64,000 bases of DNA, from the IMG/VR virus record IMGVR_UViG_3300048839_000196, positions 9,883-73,882 of that record, one strand, 5' to 3'. Each line of letters opens with the position of its first letter. Positions within the stretch are counted from its first letter, which is position 1. This document shows positions 19,178 through 28,647 of the stretch, piece by piece. Under the pieces are notes generated by a model, which saw only the letters and a program-made list of their open reading frames with translations, was not told the origin of the DNA and did no database searches. Both the position numbers and the translations under genes were made by a program. Source of the stretch: a virus.

Positions 19178-19869
19178 TGGTTCGCTTTTTGGTAATTAGA
19201 GATCGCCAAGTCTTCTCGCATAGTCTCGCCGAGTAAAGCAATGGCTCTTTGAATAACGCGCACCATGGCCGAATCATTCCAAGGCATCTGTGTGGAGTTT
19301 GTTGCGTTGTATGTCACCGTGCGGCCATTGATTGTGCCCTGCCAATACGGTACAGGCGGGCGCTTTAGATAGTACACCTCACCCTCAAATGGCCGTTCTG
19401 GAAATATCTGTATGCGCCGGTGGCCAGAAGTGGATGACTCAGACAGGATGGCGATTGGCCGGGTTGCTGTCGGCATGCGTAGTACAGAGGTAAGTCGATG
19501 CGGAAGTTCGTCCTCGGATATAAACTTCACCGGTCTGAGGTCGCAATTCATGCCGGTGAGATACATGAAATCACTTGGGAGTGTAACAATGCCTGCTGGC
19601 CCTGATCCCATAGGTGATAGGGACTCATTGTAATTGTCGGCTGTGAATGCTAGTTTAGCTTTAAACGGTTGTAGGTCTATGTGTATTTTATAGGTAGCTC
19701 CGAAACTAACCAGCGGCATAGGCATCTTCCTATCGTCGCCATATAGGTGTGTGAACTCCTGCATCTGCGCTAAGTCAAGAGCCAAGTCTATCTGCCCGGG
19801 AGTCAGGTACCCTCCCTGATCCTTATTGAAGGCTTGTCGTACCTGTTTGTGGATGATGTCGAGATCCAT
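19174..19869 (-). CDS. Head-tail connector / ring protein (crAss-like)
   Basis: NKDQGGYLTP, TLPSDFMY and YLKRP motifs. Confidence 0.65.
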   Translation of the reverse strand: MDLDIIHKQVRQAFNKDQGGYLTPGQIDLALDLAQMQEFTHLYGDDRKMPMPLVSFGATYKIHIDLQPFKAKLAFTADNYNESLSPMGSGPAGIVTLPSDFMYLTGMNCDLRPVKFISEDELPHRLTSVLRMPTATRPIAILSESSTSGHRRIQIFPERPFEGEVYYLKRPPVPYWQGTINGRTVTYNATNSTQMPWNDSAMVRVIQRAIALLGETMREDLAISNYQKANQ

Positions 19870-19899
19870 TGTGCTTTATTATACCGCTAATGTAAAACA

Positions 19900-19934
19900 A
19901 AAAGCCGCCAACCGAGAAACGGCTGACGGCTTTT
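19900..19934 (-). terminator. Intrinsic terminator after the lysin genes
   Basis: AAAAGCCG...CGGCTTTT hairpin, usable in both directions. Confidence 0.7.
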
Positions 19935-19954
19935 GTCTGCGGGGTAGCTAAAAT

Positions 19955-20428
19955 TTAATCGTATTTGCGTAGCCCCTCCCGGTTAATGACGTTCATAACT
20001 TTGTCTCTATACCGCTTCTTGGCTTCGGCACTTGCGTACACGCCAACGTACGATTCGGATATACAGTCAACCCACTCTTCTGAAGTGGTGCAACTTTTGC
20101 ACCTGTTGTAGTATGGCTTGGTTGTAATGTGAATTCCAAAGTCGTTAAAGGATTCCCAAGCATTCGGATAGGCCCGGGTTTCGCCATCTTGACTGATCCA
20201 ATAGGAGCTATTGTACCGGCCCGAGATACCGAAGTAGGCGTTGTGCTTGCGTGCGCCCTCACTCGTGCCCCATCCGGACTCTACTGCGGAGATGCCGAGT
20301 TGTACACTAGCGGGGATTCCATAGCGCTCGCTCATGGATTGGGCCAGTGGAGCGAAGCGCTCCTGAAAAGAGGTCACATGCGCCGGTGTGGCAAAGAATA
20401 AGGTAATGATAAATAAAATCAGATTCAT
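19955..20428 (-). CDS. GH73 glucosaminidase/muramidase (FlgJ-like) with N-terminal signal or anchor
   Basis: YGIPASVQLGISAVESGWG, NAYFGI and RAY...ESF motifs; hydrophobic N-terminus. Confidence 0.8.
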   Translation of the reverse strand: MNLILFIITLFFATPAHVTSFQERFAPLAQSMSERYGIPASVQLGISAVESGWGTSEGARKHNAYFGISGRYNSSYWISQDGETRAYPNAWESFNDFGIHITTKPYYNRCKSCTTSEEWVDCISESYVGVYASAEAKKRYRDKVMNVINREGLRKYD

Positions 20429-20446
20429 AGTTGTTCTGTTTTTGAG

Positions 20447-21427
20447 TTAAAAAACAATGTCAATAAATTCATTCCGTCTAATTACCAGCTTCGCCCGGTC
20501 AAACTTCCCACGAGAGTAAAATATAACTAGCTGCGTGAGAAATTTCTGTGGATCTTTTCGCGTATCGAAGTCTAGTTTTTCGGTCAGCGATATCTGTCTG
20601 ACGTGCGTGGCGACCGAATCCTTGACGACCTTATACACACTGGTCTTGCCATGCGCAGATAGGATCAAGAAGCCTTCTCTCATTTCAAGATAGCCGCCAT
20701 CCATGGAGGATGATCGCTTACCTTTCTTTGAGAGCTGCGTGTACAGAATATCCGTTCGCTCTATATTCTCATAGCTGTAATCTTCGTGCGGATCTACCGT
20801 CAAGTATCTGGGCACTTGAGCTTCAGTTAAGCTACAAACAAACAACAGTGTGAACACAGCAAACAATCGGAGCGCTAAGCCCTTAACATACTCGTACACC
20901 TGCTGTGTGCGACGCAGCCAGCCGGTCAGAAACACACGGAGTGATGGGCGCCGGGTGACAAGGTTGCGATAAAATGCTTCGCGGACTGCGCGGTACTCAG
21001 AGTTTACCTCATCGCAGCCTTTGGCCCTGCAAAGATTGTTGATCGCCTGTATAGTTACCGGGCCGATCTTCCCATCCTTCGTCACACCCGTCATGCTCTG
21101 GATAGCCCGGATGGCCGTGGCGCCTGCGTTTACATGCCAGTCAAACACCTGTATTGCGAGTCCTTCGCATTCGATTTGATCTGCACGAATAGGTAGCCAG
21201 TACAGGGCGTGGTAGATATCCTTGGCGGTTTCGAGCGACATCTCACGCATGTCTTGCTCTGTTGGCGGGCGCTTCAGATATCGCTCATAAGTCGGCGCAG
21301 CAATACCGTGGTTAGTGCCGACCAATTCTTTACGGGAGTTGTAGTTCCCGCTATCGTTCTTGTGCTTCTGATACCCGCCTTCTTTTTTAAGGACGAGCGC
21401 CACGGCTCTATCGAATCTTGTTTCCAT
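20447..21427 (-). CDS. GH108 endolysin with peptidoglycan-binding motif, fused to a TM/signal segment and an extra domain
   Basis: EGGY...D.G...TNHGI, FDWHVNAG, DGKIGPVT and FLTGWLRR, followed by LFAVFTLLFVCSLTEA|Q. Confidence 0.85.
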   Translation of the reverse strand: METRFDRAVALVLKKEGGYQKHKNDSGNYNSRKELVGTNHGIAAPTYERYLKRPPTEQDMREMSLETAKDIYHALYWLPIRADQIECEGLAIQVFDWHVNAGATAIRAIQSMTGVTKDGKIGPVTIQAINNLCRAKGCDEVNSEYRAVREAFYRNLVTRRPSLRVFLTGWLRRTQQVYEYVKGLALRLFAVFTLLFVCSLTEAQVPRYLTVDPHEDYSYENIERTDILYTQLSKKGKRSSSMDGGYLEMREGFLILSAHGKTSVYKVVKDSVATHVRQISLTEKLDFDTRKDPQKFLTQLVIFYSRGKFDRAKLVIRRNEFIDIVF

Positions 21428-21922
21428 CTAGCGTTCTTTTACATCGAACTCACCAGCGCCGCCCATTAGGGCTAGGCACATGATTTCGCCGATGTTGTTA
21501 AAGAAATCTTCGCAAGACTGCGAAGTAATAAGGTCTTCCATGTCTGCTATCGCCCCTGCATCGAACCCAATATCAACCAGTAAGATCCCGTCGTTCCAGA
21601 CAAAGAACACATCCTTGTCGTTAACCCCTGTCAGGATCATAAGCTGAGCGGGTATGCCGTTTACTTCGATGTCGGTCATGCTCCTCTCCCTTGTCGGTAA
21701 GACACTGATACAGCGCCACACCTTTTCGGGCAAGTCCTTGCTGTCGATATACTTTACGATGATCTGATGGGGAACTTCGCAAGAGGCGATCTCGAAGCTG
21801 AATCCATCCTCGGATTTCAGCGTGCTGATGACCTCCTTTTCCATGAGGAGCGCTTCGTCCTCGCCTATAAATTCAAAGCTGTAATTCATGGCTGTGTGGT
21901 TAGGGCGCATGACTACTGCCAT
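21428..21922 (-). CDS. Hypothetical protein
   Basis: 164-aa acidic ORF in the operon. Confidence 0.6.
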   Translation of the reverse strand: MAVVMRPNHTAMNYSFEFIGEDEALLMEKEVISTLKSEDGFSFEIASCEVPHQIIVKYIDSKDLPEKVWRCISVLPTRERSMTDIEVNGIPAQLMILTGVNDKDVFFVWNDGILLVDIGFDAGAIADMEDLITSQSCEDFFNNIGEIMCLALMGGAGEFDVKER

Positions 21923-21934
21923 GCGCCCTGAGTT

Positions 21935-22855
21935 TTAGAATGGGAGATCGTCGTCGCCTACTGGCTCTGGATCAGGCTCGAAGCCGATCTTGCTGAGTTC
22001 CGCAGCAGCGGCCTTAAGCAGGTCTGCCTTGTCTTCAGCGGCAGGAGCAGCAGATTCTTTGGTGGCAGTAGCGGGTACGTCTCCGCGCTTACCAGCAAGG
22101 CGCTCATGGAGTACGCCAAGATAAGAGGCTTTAGCCTCGACGGCTTCGGTGAAGACATCAGCGGATTCTGGCGTGACCTTGGCAATCTGGAAGACAGGCG
22201 CAATGTAGCCCTCGCCTTTACCAGCATGGTCCTTGCCATCAGCATCAAGCATCACAAGATCTCCTTTGTACACGACAACATAAAAGCGGCGGTCATTCCC
22301 GTCGATCGCCCAGAGATTCGCGTTGGGCTGAACAGGTTTGCCCGGGTTTTCAAGCACAAAGAAAGCCCGGCGCACTGCGTTGTCCACCGTGTTGTTCATT
22401 TGTACGGTGACCAATTTCTTTGTGACTGGAGAGAAGAGCAGTAAGTAGCGGTAAGCACGGGTTTCCTTGGATGGAAACTCTTCTTTCAGATCGCTATACA
22501 ACCCGGACTTCCATTTCTCTCCGGCTCGATATAGCGTCATGACATCGCGCTTGATGTCAAGCACAGGAGAAGAAGTAATTTTGATGGCGCCTTGCCCGGT
22601 GAAGGTGTCAACTCTCCAGAATGTGCCGAGCAGGATCATCTCAAACTTGCTAACAGGAATGGATCTGGAATCCTCGGAGTTCCAATACGAGAATCCAGCA
22701 TCTCCAGCGGTTGACATGGATGCAAGGTCTTTTGCGACACGCTGCACCATGTTGGCTTGGATTTTCCCGCCTTTAAAACTGACCTGCATAGTTGCCGGAA
22801 GGCTAGCTCCAGACTTGGGTGCATCCTCTGCGGATGCTTCTTGATACCAACTCAT
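21935..22855 (-). CDS. Putative single-stranded DNA-binding protein
   Basis: Acidic C-terminal tail GDDDLPF; has its own promoter; lies next to the primase-helicase. Confidence 0.55.
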   Translation of the reverse strand: MSWYQEASAEDAPKSGASLPATMQVSFKGGKIQANMVQRVAKDLASMSTAGDAGFSYWNSEDSRSIPVSKFEMILLGTFWRVDTFTGQGAIKITSSPVLDIKRDVMTLYRAGEKWKSGLYSDLKEEFPSKETRAYRYLLLFSPVTKKLVTVQMNNTVDNAVRRAFFVLENPGKPVQPNANLWAIDGNDRRFYVVVYKGDLVMLDADGKDHAGKGEGYIAPVFQIAKVTPESADVFTEAVEAKASYLGVLHERLAGKRGDVPATATKESAAPAAEDKADLLKAAAAELSKIGFEPDPEPVGDDDLPF

Positions 22856-22893
22856 ACAATATGGTTTTGTGCAATGAAAAAATACTTACAACT

Positions 22894-22924
22894 CAAAGGT
22901 AAGAAAAAATACAATCCCGCGCAA
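22894..22924 (-). promoter_or_regulatory. Bacteroidota sigma70-type promoter
   Basis: TTG-N20-TACCTTTG on the minus strand. Confidence 0.75.
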
Positions 22925-22931
22925 GTTTTTA

Positions 22932-24767
22932 TCAGTCAAAATTTAAAACTTCTTGTCGGTTTGGCTCAATCTTCATATCCTTTACAAGCTGAGCCACTTC
23001 CCTAAAGGAATCGAATTGAAATTCCTCCAGCTCCTTTGTGTTCTTCATCCTAGCAAGCTCAGCCTTTGATACCTCGGTATAGTTCCCACCAGACTTCCAG
23101 TCAAACTGGATAGTGCGAGCACCCAGATCATGGATCGGGGCAACGAACTCCATGTTCTTTATTTTGCGGGTGACGACTTCCACTGCCGTGCTATCACGCC
23201 TAGCCATGGCGATGATGTTGTCGGTCAGGTTGTAGTAGTGACCTGATCCAAGGATGTCATACCCACTTGGAACCGGGAACTGACCAGACATATCGGCCTC
23301 TAGCTTTCTTGGATGCGCCACTAGGAATGTAGCAAGCCGGTACTTCTTTGTAAACGCTTTCACCTTTGCCATTAGCGCAGCAGCAGCATCGGATATGTTG
23401 TTCGCATTCGGCTGCTTAACATACGATAGGTTGTCAATCACAAGGATCTTTATCCCTCTTGACTTAACAAGCTGTTCGGCTCTATGCAGGATGTCTTCAA
23501 TAGTCAACAGCCCATCGCTGGATATGTAGAAGAAGTGGTCATTTAAGTGCGCTAATGCTGGCATAACCTCTTCTGTTGACACCTCTGCCTTGTTTAGATA
23601 CTTGCGCACAAGGCCGGTAATGTGCAAGGCTGATGACTTCTCGGCGCTCAGAACTCCAGAGCGCATGCCGGTTCTCGACATATTAACCGTAATGGCGTCA
23701 ACCAAATTTGATTTACCTGCGCCCGGAGGAGCCACGACAATTGTCACTTCTGACGGGTAGATTGTGAAAAGGTCATCAAGCCCCGGCACGCCTGTGTACA
23801 GTGTCTCTGGATAGCCATGAATAAGGTAGCGATACGCCTCATCCATGTTGTCCTGTACAGTTTCGATCCCGTCGATAGGAAACGGTACCGCTGACGCGAA
23901 GCAGTCTTTAAGTACAGGTACGCCATACTCAAGGCCAAATCGCTGGAGGACTTCGTTGCTGTCCTTTATGCCATCGGGGAATTTAATCAGCTTGCATTTC
24001 TCCCTGCCGATCCTATCGGCTAGTGTCAACGCAAGCTCAGTCCCTTTATTATCTGAGTCGGCTGCGATATAGACCGACTCGATCCTGTTGAAGATGTCCA
24101 TGCTATCATCCAAGTACGATGTATTGGATGATGCACCATTCGGAACTGACACCACGAGCTGATAGCCAGCAGCCCGCCAAGACAAAGCATCGAGTTCACC
24201 TTCGGTGATGATGGCGTACTTGTCGGCCAGCTTCAAATGGTCGATCAAATAGAGTGACAGCTTCGCGCCTCGCTCTAGTTGAAACGCCTTTTGCTTGAGG
24301 CTGCGGTACTTTGTATTGATGTGAACGCCGTTTTCATGGTAGTTAAAGGCGATGTACCCTTCTTTTGAAGTGGGGTGCAAATAGTACCCCACTTCACGCA
24401 TCTCAGCGATATCCTCTGGAAGGTTCCTGCTTTTCAGGAAAGCAATCAGATCTGGGTGTACCTCTGTGTACTCATGCTTCGGGCGCTGGTACAACTTCTC
24501 AGACTTACTTTTAAGTAGGGCGCCTTTACGGTCGCAGTGATGGCAGTGGTACAAACCATTACCCACATTGATAGACAGGCTCCTGTCTTTTGGGTTAGAT
24601 CGCGTGTCAATACAGAATGGGCAGACGACCTTTACGTTCTGACTCGGGCCCGGATTAGGGATGGGAATCCACTTCCCCGACTCCTGTTGGAGTAACATGG
24701 ACAACTCCTGTGTATTCATGATGGCTGGATTTTTAAAAAGAAGTGGGTCCCAATTTAACTCGTCCAA
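22932..24767 (-). CDS. T7 gp4/Twinkle-like DNA primase-helicase (start probably at an internal Met near 24720)
   Basis: Zinc finger CPFC...CHHC, TOPRIM EGELD and DSD, Walker A APPGAGKS, VIDN and VAHPRK. Confidence 0.92.
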   Translation of the reverse strand: MDELNWDPLLFKNPAIMNTQELSMLLQQESGKWIPIPNPGPSQNVKVVCPFCIDTRSNPKDRSLSINVGNGLYHCHHCDRKGALLKSKSEKLYQRPKHEYTEVHPDLIAFLKSRNLPEDIAEMREVGYYLHPTSKEGYIAFNYHENGVHINTKYRSLKQKAFQLERGAKLSLYLIDHLKLADKYAIITEGELDALSWRAAGYQLVVSVPNGASSNTSYLDDSMDIFNRIESVYIAADSDNKGTELALTLADRIGREKCKLIKFPDGIKDSNEVLQRFGLEYGVPVLKDCFASAVPFPIDGIETVQDNMDEAYRYLIHGYPETLYTGVPGLDDLFTIYPSEVTIVVAPPGAGKSNLVDAITVNMSRTGMRSGVLSAEKSSALHITGLVRKYLNKAEVSTEEVMPALAHLNDHFFYISSDGLLTIEDILHRAEQLVKSRGIKILVIDNLSYVKQPNANNISDAAAALMAKVKAFTKKYRLATFLVAHPRKLEADMSGQFPVPSGYDILGSGHYYNLTDNIIAMARRDSTAVEVVTRKIKNMEFVAPIHDLGARTIQFDWKSGGNYTEVSKAELARMKNTKELEEFQFDSFREVAQLVKDMKIEPNRQEVLNFD

Positions 24768-24903
24768 GATTTCGCCCGGTCTTAAGCTGCCGTCGCAGCT
24801 TAAGCACAGCTAATGCCCGGGGTACTCTCCCTCAAATTGTGTCCTGTCTGGCTAAGGGACCAGAAGCCGCTCTACTTTTCTGCGCCGAAGCGGGCGCCTC
24901 TAT

Positions 24904-25770
24904 CTAATCCTCTTCAGTGTCCTGCGCCTTCGCCTCTGCGGCGAGTCTCTGATAGACCCGCTGCTCTACGTTTTCTGGATCGTATGCAAATAGCTGGTCG
25001 GACTTCGTTTGCATCGCTTTTTCAACGATGTTGATGTGCTTTTGGGCGGCAATCAATCGCTCTGGGAATTTTGCTGGATCGCAGGCGCGCACGATATTGA
25101 TAAGGTGCTTGTACTTGTTGTCCCAATCGTACCGCATCCAGCGGAGAACGCCCATGACCTGAGTGATGCGAACCTCTGTGTGTCTATACATGAGCGCTTC
25201 AAGCGCAGCGTCTATGCTATCATCGGATGATAAGTACTGAGGGTTGCGACTTTTGATGTCAATCTTTTCCGCATACGTCTTCAGAACTTCCCTCCACTTG
25301 GTCCACTTCTCCGGGGTCGGAAGCTCCATGAGGTATGACCTGCCATTGAGGTATGTCGAGAAGTGCATTTTAAACACTCCTGTTACTTGGCAGTATCGGT
25401 TGTATCGAACTATCGCCTTGAGAACTTTCTCTTGCGTCTTCACGGACAGTCGGCGCCATGCTTTCTCGGCCCGCTGTTTTGACCCCATACTATACCCGTA
25501 TAGCTCCCATGCTGTCTCAAACGGGATGTTGTCTTTCTTTTTTTCGTACTCTGCGAGCGCTTCAAGCGCCATGCCTGACTGAATGAATGCCTCTAGCATG
25601 GCCACCTCATCAAGGCCAAAGCCCATGGCGCCTAGCTTTCTCACCCAGCCGTCCACGGTCTGCGGCCACTTAGAGAAATTCTGTGCCTTGATAGCAGCGC
25701 TGTCGCTAACTATCTCAGCTTCTTCTAGCGCCAGCGTTACTTGGTCGGTGTATTTTCTTTTAGCGGGCAT
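24904..25770 (-). CDS. Putative replication initiator / replisome organizer
   Basis: FETAWELY...KQRAEKAWRRL...HFSTYLN motif seen in phage replication proteins; upstream of the helicase. Confidence 0.5.
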   Translation of the reverse strand: MPAKRKYTDQVTLALEEAEIVSDSAAIKAQNFSKWPQTVDGWVRKLGAMGFGLDEVAMLEAFIQSGMALEALAEYEKKKDNIPFETAWELYGYSMGSKQRAEKAWRRLSVKTQEKVLKAIVRYNRYCQVTGVFKMHFSTYLNGRSYLMELPTPEKWTKWREVLKTYAEKIDIKSRNPQYLSSDDSIDAALEALMYRHTEVRITQVMGVLRWMRYDWDNKYKHLINIVRACDPAKFPERLIAAQKHINIVEKAMQTKSDQLFAYDPENVEQRVYQRLAAEAKAQDTEED

Positions 25771-26161
25771 GGCTTTTTATTTTGATCTTCACGCTGTGTG
25801 AAGACATGTTTCCAATAAAGACATTCAAATGTTCACGGCATTCCTCACAGCAGGAATGCTGCGTCTTGTCGCGTACATTTATATACGAGCTCGACGATAT
25901 GTACCAAACTGAGAAGTGCCTGCCTCCACAGGTACCACAGATAAAGTGCGGCTTCTGTGCCCGGCGAAGGAAGATGTGACAGTACTTTGATAGGTAGCAC
26001 TGCCGAGCAACTGGCAGTAGCGCCGGGTGTATGTTTGCAAACAGCCTTTCCTCTTCTTCTGCAAAGAACTTCTGCAAGTCCTCTGCATACCGGTCTGGCA
26101 TGTACGAAGCCATGGATCTGGCTTCCGGGTAGTCAAGTTCTATCTTCAGTTTGTTGCTCAT
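25760..26161 (-). CDS. Hypothetical Zn-finger protein
   Basis: CGTC and CEEC motifs; start chosen at MSNKLK. Confidence 0.5.
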   Translation of the reverse strand: MSNKLKIELDYPEARSMASYMPDRYAEDLQKFFAEEEERLFANIHPALLPVARQCYLSKYCHIFLRRAQKPHFICGTCGGRHFSVWYISSSSYINVRDKTQHSCCEECREHLNVFIGNMSSHSVKIKIKSHAR

Positions 26162-26348
26162 TGATCTTGTTTCTTTCATTCTCAAGATGTGATATCTTCT
26201 CCTGCCAGCGAGCGATCTCCAATTCGGATCGCTCTTTGTCCCCGGTGCCTTCAGCTATGGATAGTCTTGCCATAGCTATGGCGAATTTACATCGGAAGAT
26301 CTCTCTGTTTATCCGGTTTGTTTCGATCCACTTGAATAGGTCATTCAT
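26133..26348 (-). CDS. Hypothetical coiled-coil protein
   Basis: Overlaps its neighbours in the operon. Confidence 0.5.
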   Translation of the reverse strand: MNDLFKWIETNRINREIFRCKFAIAMARLSIAEGTGDKERSELEIARWQEKISHLENERNKINEQQTEDRT

Positions 26349-26745
26349 TGTATTTTATTTTCAAAATGGTACTACTTTCACTCATGTTTCTGAGCGTGAG
26401 CGACACCGCGATCATTGCCCGTCTGACACCGGGCAAGTCTTCGCTAGAATGCTCGATTAGCTTATGCCACTTTCGGCGAAGCTGATCAAGGCGAAAGGTA
26501 TTCTGCTGCCGAGTATCGCCAATAAGGAGAGGTGAGCACTGCTCCATAGCTGAGCGGTCAATGCGGTACATCTCGGCGATGCCGAAGACAACGACCTTTG
26601 GAAGCTCGTCCGTCCTGATTTTTAATTCAGGCAGTTGTACTACATCCGAAATGTCAGGTCTTCCCTTTAATTCACCCTCCCGAATTGCAAATGTTTTCCG
26701 GGTTGCTTTTACAATGGCGTCGAGTACTTGCGCTTGGTCTTTCAT
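26341..26745 (-). CDS. Hypothetical protein
   Basis: Translationally coupled ORF. Confidence 0.55.
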   Translation of the reverse strand: MKDQAQVLDAIVKATRKTFAIREGELKGRPDISDVVQLPELKIRTDELPKVVVFGIAEMYRIDRSAMEQCSPLLIGDTRQQNTFRLDQLRRKWHKLIEHSSEDLPGVRRAMIAVSLTLRNMSESSTILKIKYNE

Positions 26746-27761
26746 CTTTGCTCTGTTATTGTCAAATACTTTTTGTTCATTATTCTGTATCGGTCACTGA
26801 TGACTAAGTCGGCTCCGACCTTCTCCATGGCTAGGCGGATATGGTTCTTAGCTGCTTCAAGTTCTTTCTCTACGGCCTTCTTATCGGCATCGAGTTTCTT
26901 GATGCGCTCGGCCAGTGCGTCAAGGGCATCAGATTTGATCGTACTGTAAGGGTTGTCCGTCCGTAGCCCGGATAACATATCCTTGCTTCGGTCGGTGACG
27001 TAAAGCACATCGCTGTACCTGAGCATCAGCTCAAGTACTTCCGTTCGCTTTTCGTCTGAACTCAGGGTTGACGCCATAACATCGCGCCCTTCTTGTATGG
27101 CGTCAAAGAACTTAGGAAGGCGCCAGAAATGGCCAATGAAAGCCTTGTACTCAGGCATGCCTTTGTCAATCGTTCTGACATTCAGCTTCACCCCATCTTC
27201 GAGCAGGGCTATGCGCCCGAAGTCAAGGCCCAAGAAGTAGATGTAGCTACAAAGCTGGGCCAGATAGTACGTAGGAACTCCGCCGGGGTATTTACCAGCA
27301 GACATGCCATTTATCTTCTTAGCTTCTGCCACGCCCGTCATTCCGGGGTAGTCTTTATCACTCAGTATAATGCCGTCCACATTGAGCGCCATGTATGGAG
27401 CGCTTAGCGGTAAGAAAGTAACCGCTGGCTTATCTACCTTGCGGAACTTAACGCCAGCCTGATGATGGCTAGCCCAGACGTTGCCATCCCAGTGCTCAAG
27501 GCGCTCGATGATTCCGCCTTCGTCTATGTGCCCACCTTGAACGGCCTCCGATGTAATGAAGTTGTCCTCAATGAAGCCAATCTTCTTAGCCCACAATGAC
27601 AAGGCATCCTGATATGGATTTAGATTAAGGATCGCTCCTACCTCTGACCCGCCAATGTGTATCGACGCCTTTCTATACACCTGCCAGTCTTGTTGGCTCA
27701 TTCCGCTCAGATCAATGGCGTCAATATATCTATCCCCTAGTTGGTACTTCAATGTCGTCAT
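26742..27761 (-). CDS. YqaJ-like (lambda exonuclease family) recombination nuclease
   Basis: W...R...IGGSEVGAILNLNPY...LWAKK, NVDG, EAK and YYLAQ motifs. Confidence 0.88.
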   Translation of the reverse strand: MTTLKYQLGDRYIDAIDLSGMSQQDWQVYRKASIHIGGSEVGAILNLNPYQDALSLWAKKIGFIEDNFITSEAVQGGHIDEGGIIERLEHWDGNVWASHHQAGVKFRKVDKPAVTFLPLSAPYMALNVDGIILSDKDYPGMTGVAEAKKINGMSAGKYPGGVPTYYLAQLCSYIYFLGLDFGRIALLEDGVKLNVRTIDKGMPEYKAFIGHFWRLPKFFDAIQEGRDVMASTLSSDEKRTEVLELMLRYSDVLYVTDRSKDMLSGLRTDNPYSTIKSDALDALAERIKKLDADKKAVEKELEAAKNHIRLAMEKVGADLVISDRYRIMNKKYLTITEQR

Positions 27762-28252
27762 AGCACACTTTCTGAGGCAAAGAAGAGCGCCTGCTTTGAT
27801 AATAACTTATTTAGGTGGTCGAGCGCAGTAGGCTTGAGTTCATCGCTCAAACTATCGACGTACCTGCGCGCCTCGATCTCAGAGATGGCGAGCTTGCCGG
27901 ACACATTTGACAAGACATAGATCAAGTGCTGATTCATGTCTTCTTCAGATGCGATTTCTTCCTCTCCCTCCAGTAGGAAGCCCATCGCCCTGCTAACAGC
28001 CATTGTTTCTGCGGCTGAGTAGGCGGAGGTGTCCTTGATGCCTGAAATTTCCTCCTTAAAGTACACCATCTTGTGCCCTGTCGCGGAGAACAAAACTCCA
28101 TCACCGGGGTCAGTGATTTTGACCTTGGCTTTGGCTAAGACATAATCACCAATGATCTGGACTTCGGTATCTATGGCGTAGTACGCATTTAGGCTGGCGC
28201 ACAATTCATGGAATCGCTTACGGCGATCTGCGAACGTTTCTCTTTTTAACAT
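27758..28252 (-). CDS. Rad52/Sak-like single-strand annealing protein
   Basis: ATGH...AETMAVSRAMGFL...IASEEDM; paired with YqaJ; start reassigned to ATG 28252. Confidence 0.6.
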   Translation of the reverse strand: MLKRETFADRRKRFHELCASLNAYYAIDTEVQIIGDYVLAKAKVKITDPGDGVLFSATGHKMVYFKEEISGIKDTSAYSAAETMAVSRAMGFLLEGEEEIASEEDMNQHLIYVLSNVSGKLAISEIEARRYVDSLSDELKPTALDHLNKLLSKQALFFASESVL

Positions 28253-28517
28253 GGTATTGTTTTTGCTTTGACATGGCGAGATAAATGATGGACTTCGTAA
28301 GGTCATGGAGCAGGCATCCTTGCCAGTCCACCTGTCTAACCTCCGTGGTTGTTTCACTGGAGAATAAACCTTTTGGTGGGGTCGTTTGAATCCCTGTCTT
28401 CACAACAAACGCATCCAGAATGGATGGGTATGTCGTAATTAGGAGTTTCTTCGCATCCTCAATTGGGATGCGAAGATCTCCAAGTACAATAGTGTTATGC
28501 CTGAGCTCAGCCTTCAT
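28218..28517 (-). CDS. Hypothetical protein
   Basis: First ORF after the promoter at 28533. Confidence 0.5.
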   Translation of the reverse strand: MKAELRHNTIVLGDLRIPIEDAKKLLITTYPSILDAFVVKTGIQTTPPKGLFSSETTTEVRQVDWQGCLLHDLTKSIIYLAMSKQKQYHVKKRNVRRSP

Positions 28518-28532
28518 CTGATTTATTTCTTA

Positions 28533-28563
28533 CAAAGGTAGTGTTTTGTGCCGAGAAAAGCAA
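28533..28563 (-). promoter_or_regulatory. Bacteroidota sigma70-type promoter
   Basis: TTG-N20-TACCTTTG. Confidence 0.75.
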
Positions 28564-28584
28564 GAGGTGCGTGTATTTTTTTAC

Positions 28585-28647
28585 GCATAACTTTAGCTTT
28601 GTGTATATGCGCCTATGCGGCGCACATCGCAAATGCTGGAGTTAGCA
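28585..28647 (+). mobile_element. attC-like recombination hairpin (site 1)
   Basis: GCATAAC...GTTAGCA, a 63-bp imperfect palindrome with an extrahelical base (AACTTTAGC-TTTG / CAAA-T-GCTGGAGTT). Confidence 0.65.

Noticed and set aside
2385-19633. Many + strand ORFs antisense to the tail and ejection genes
   Set aside because: Shadow ORFs of long real genes with no independent signals.
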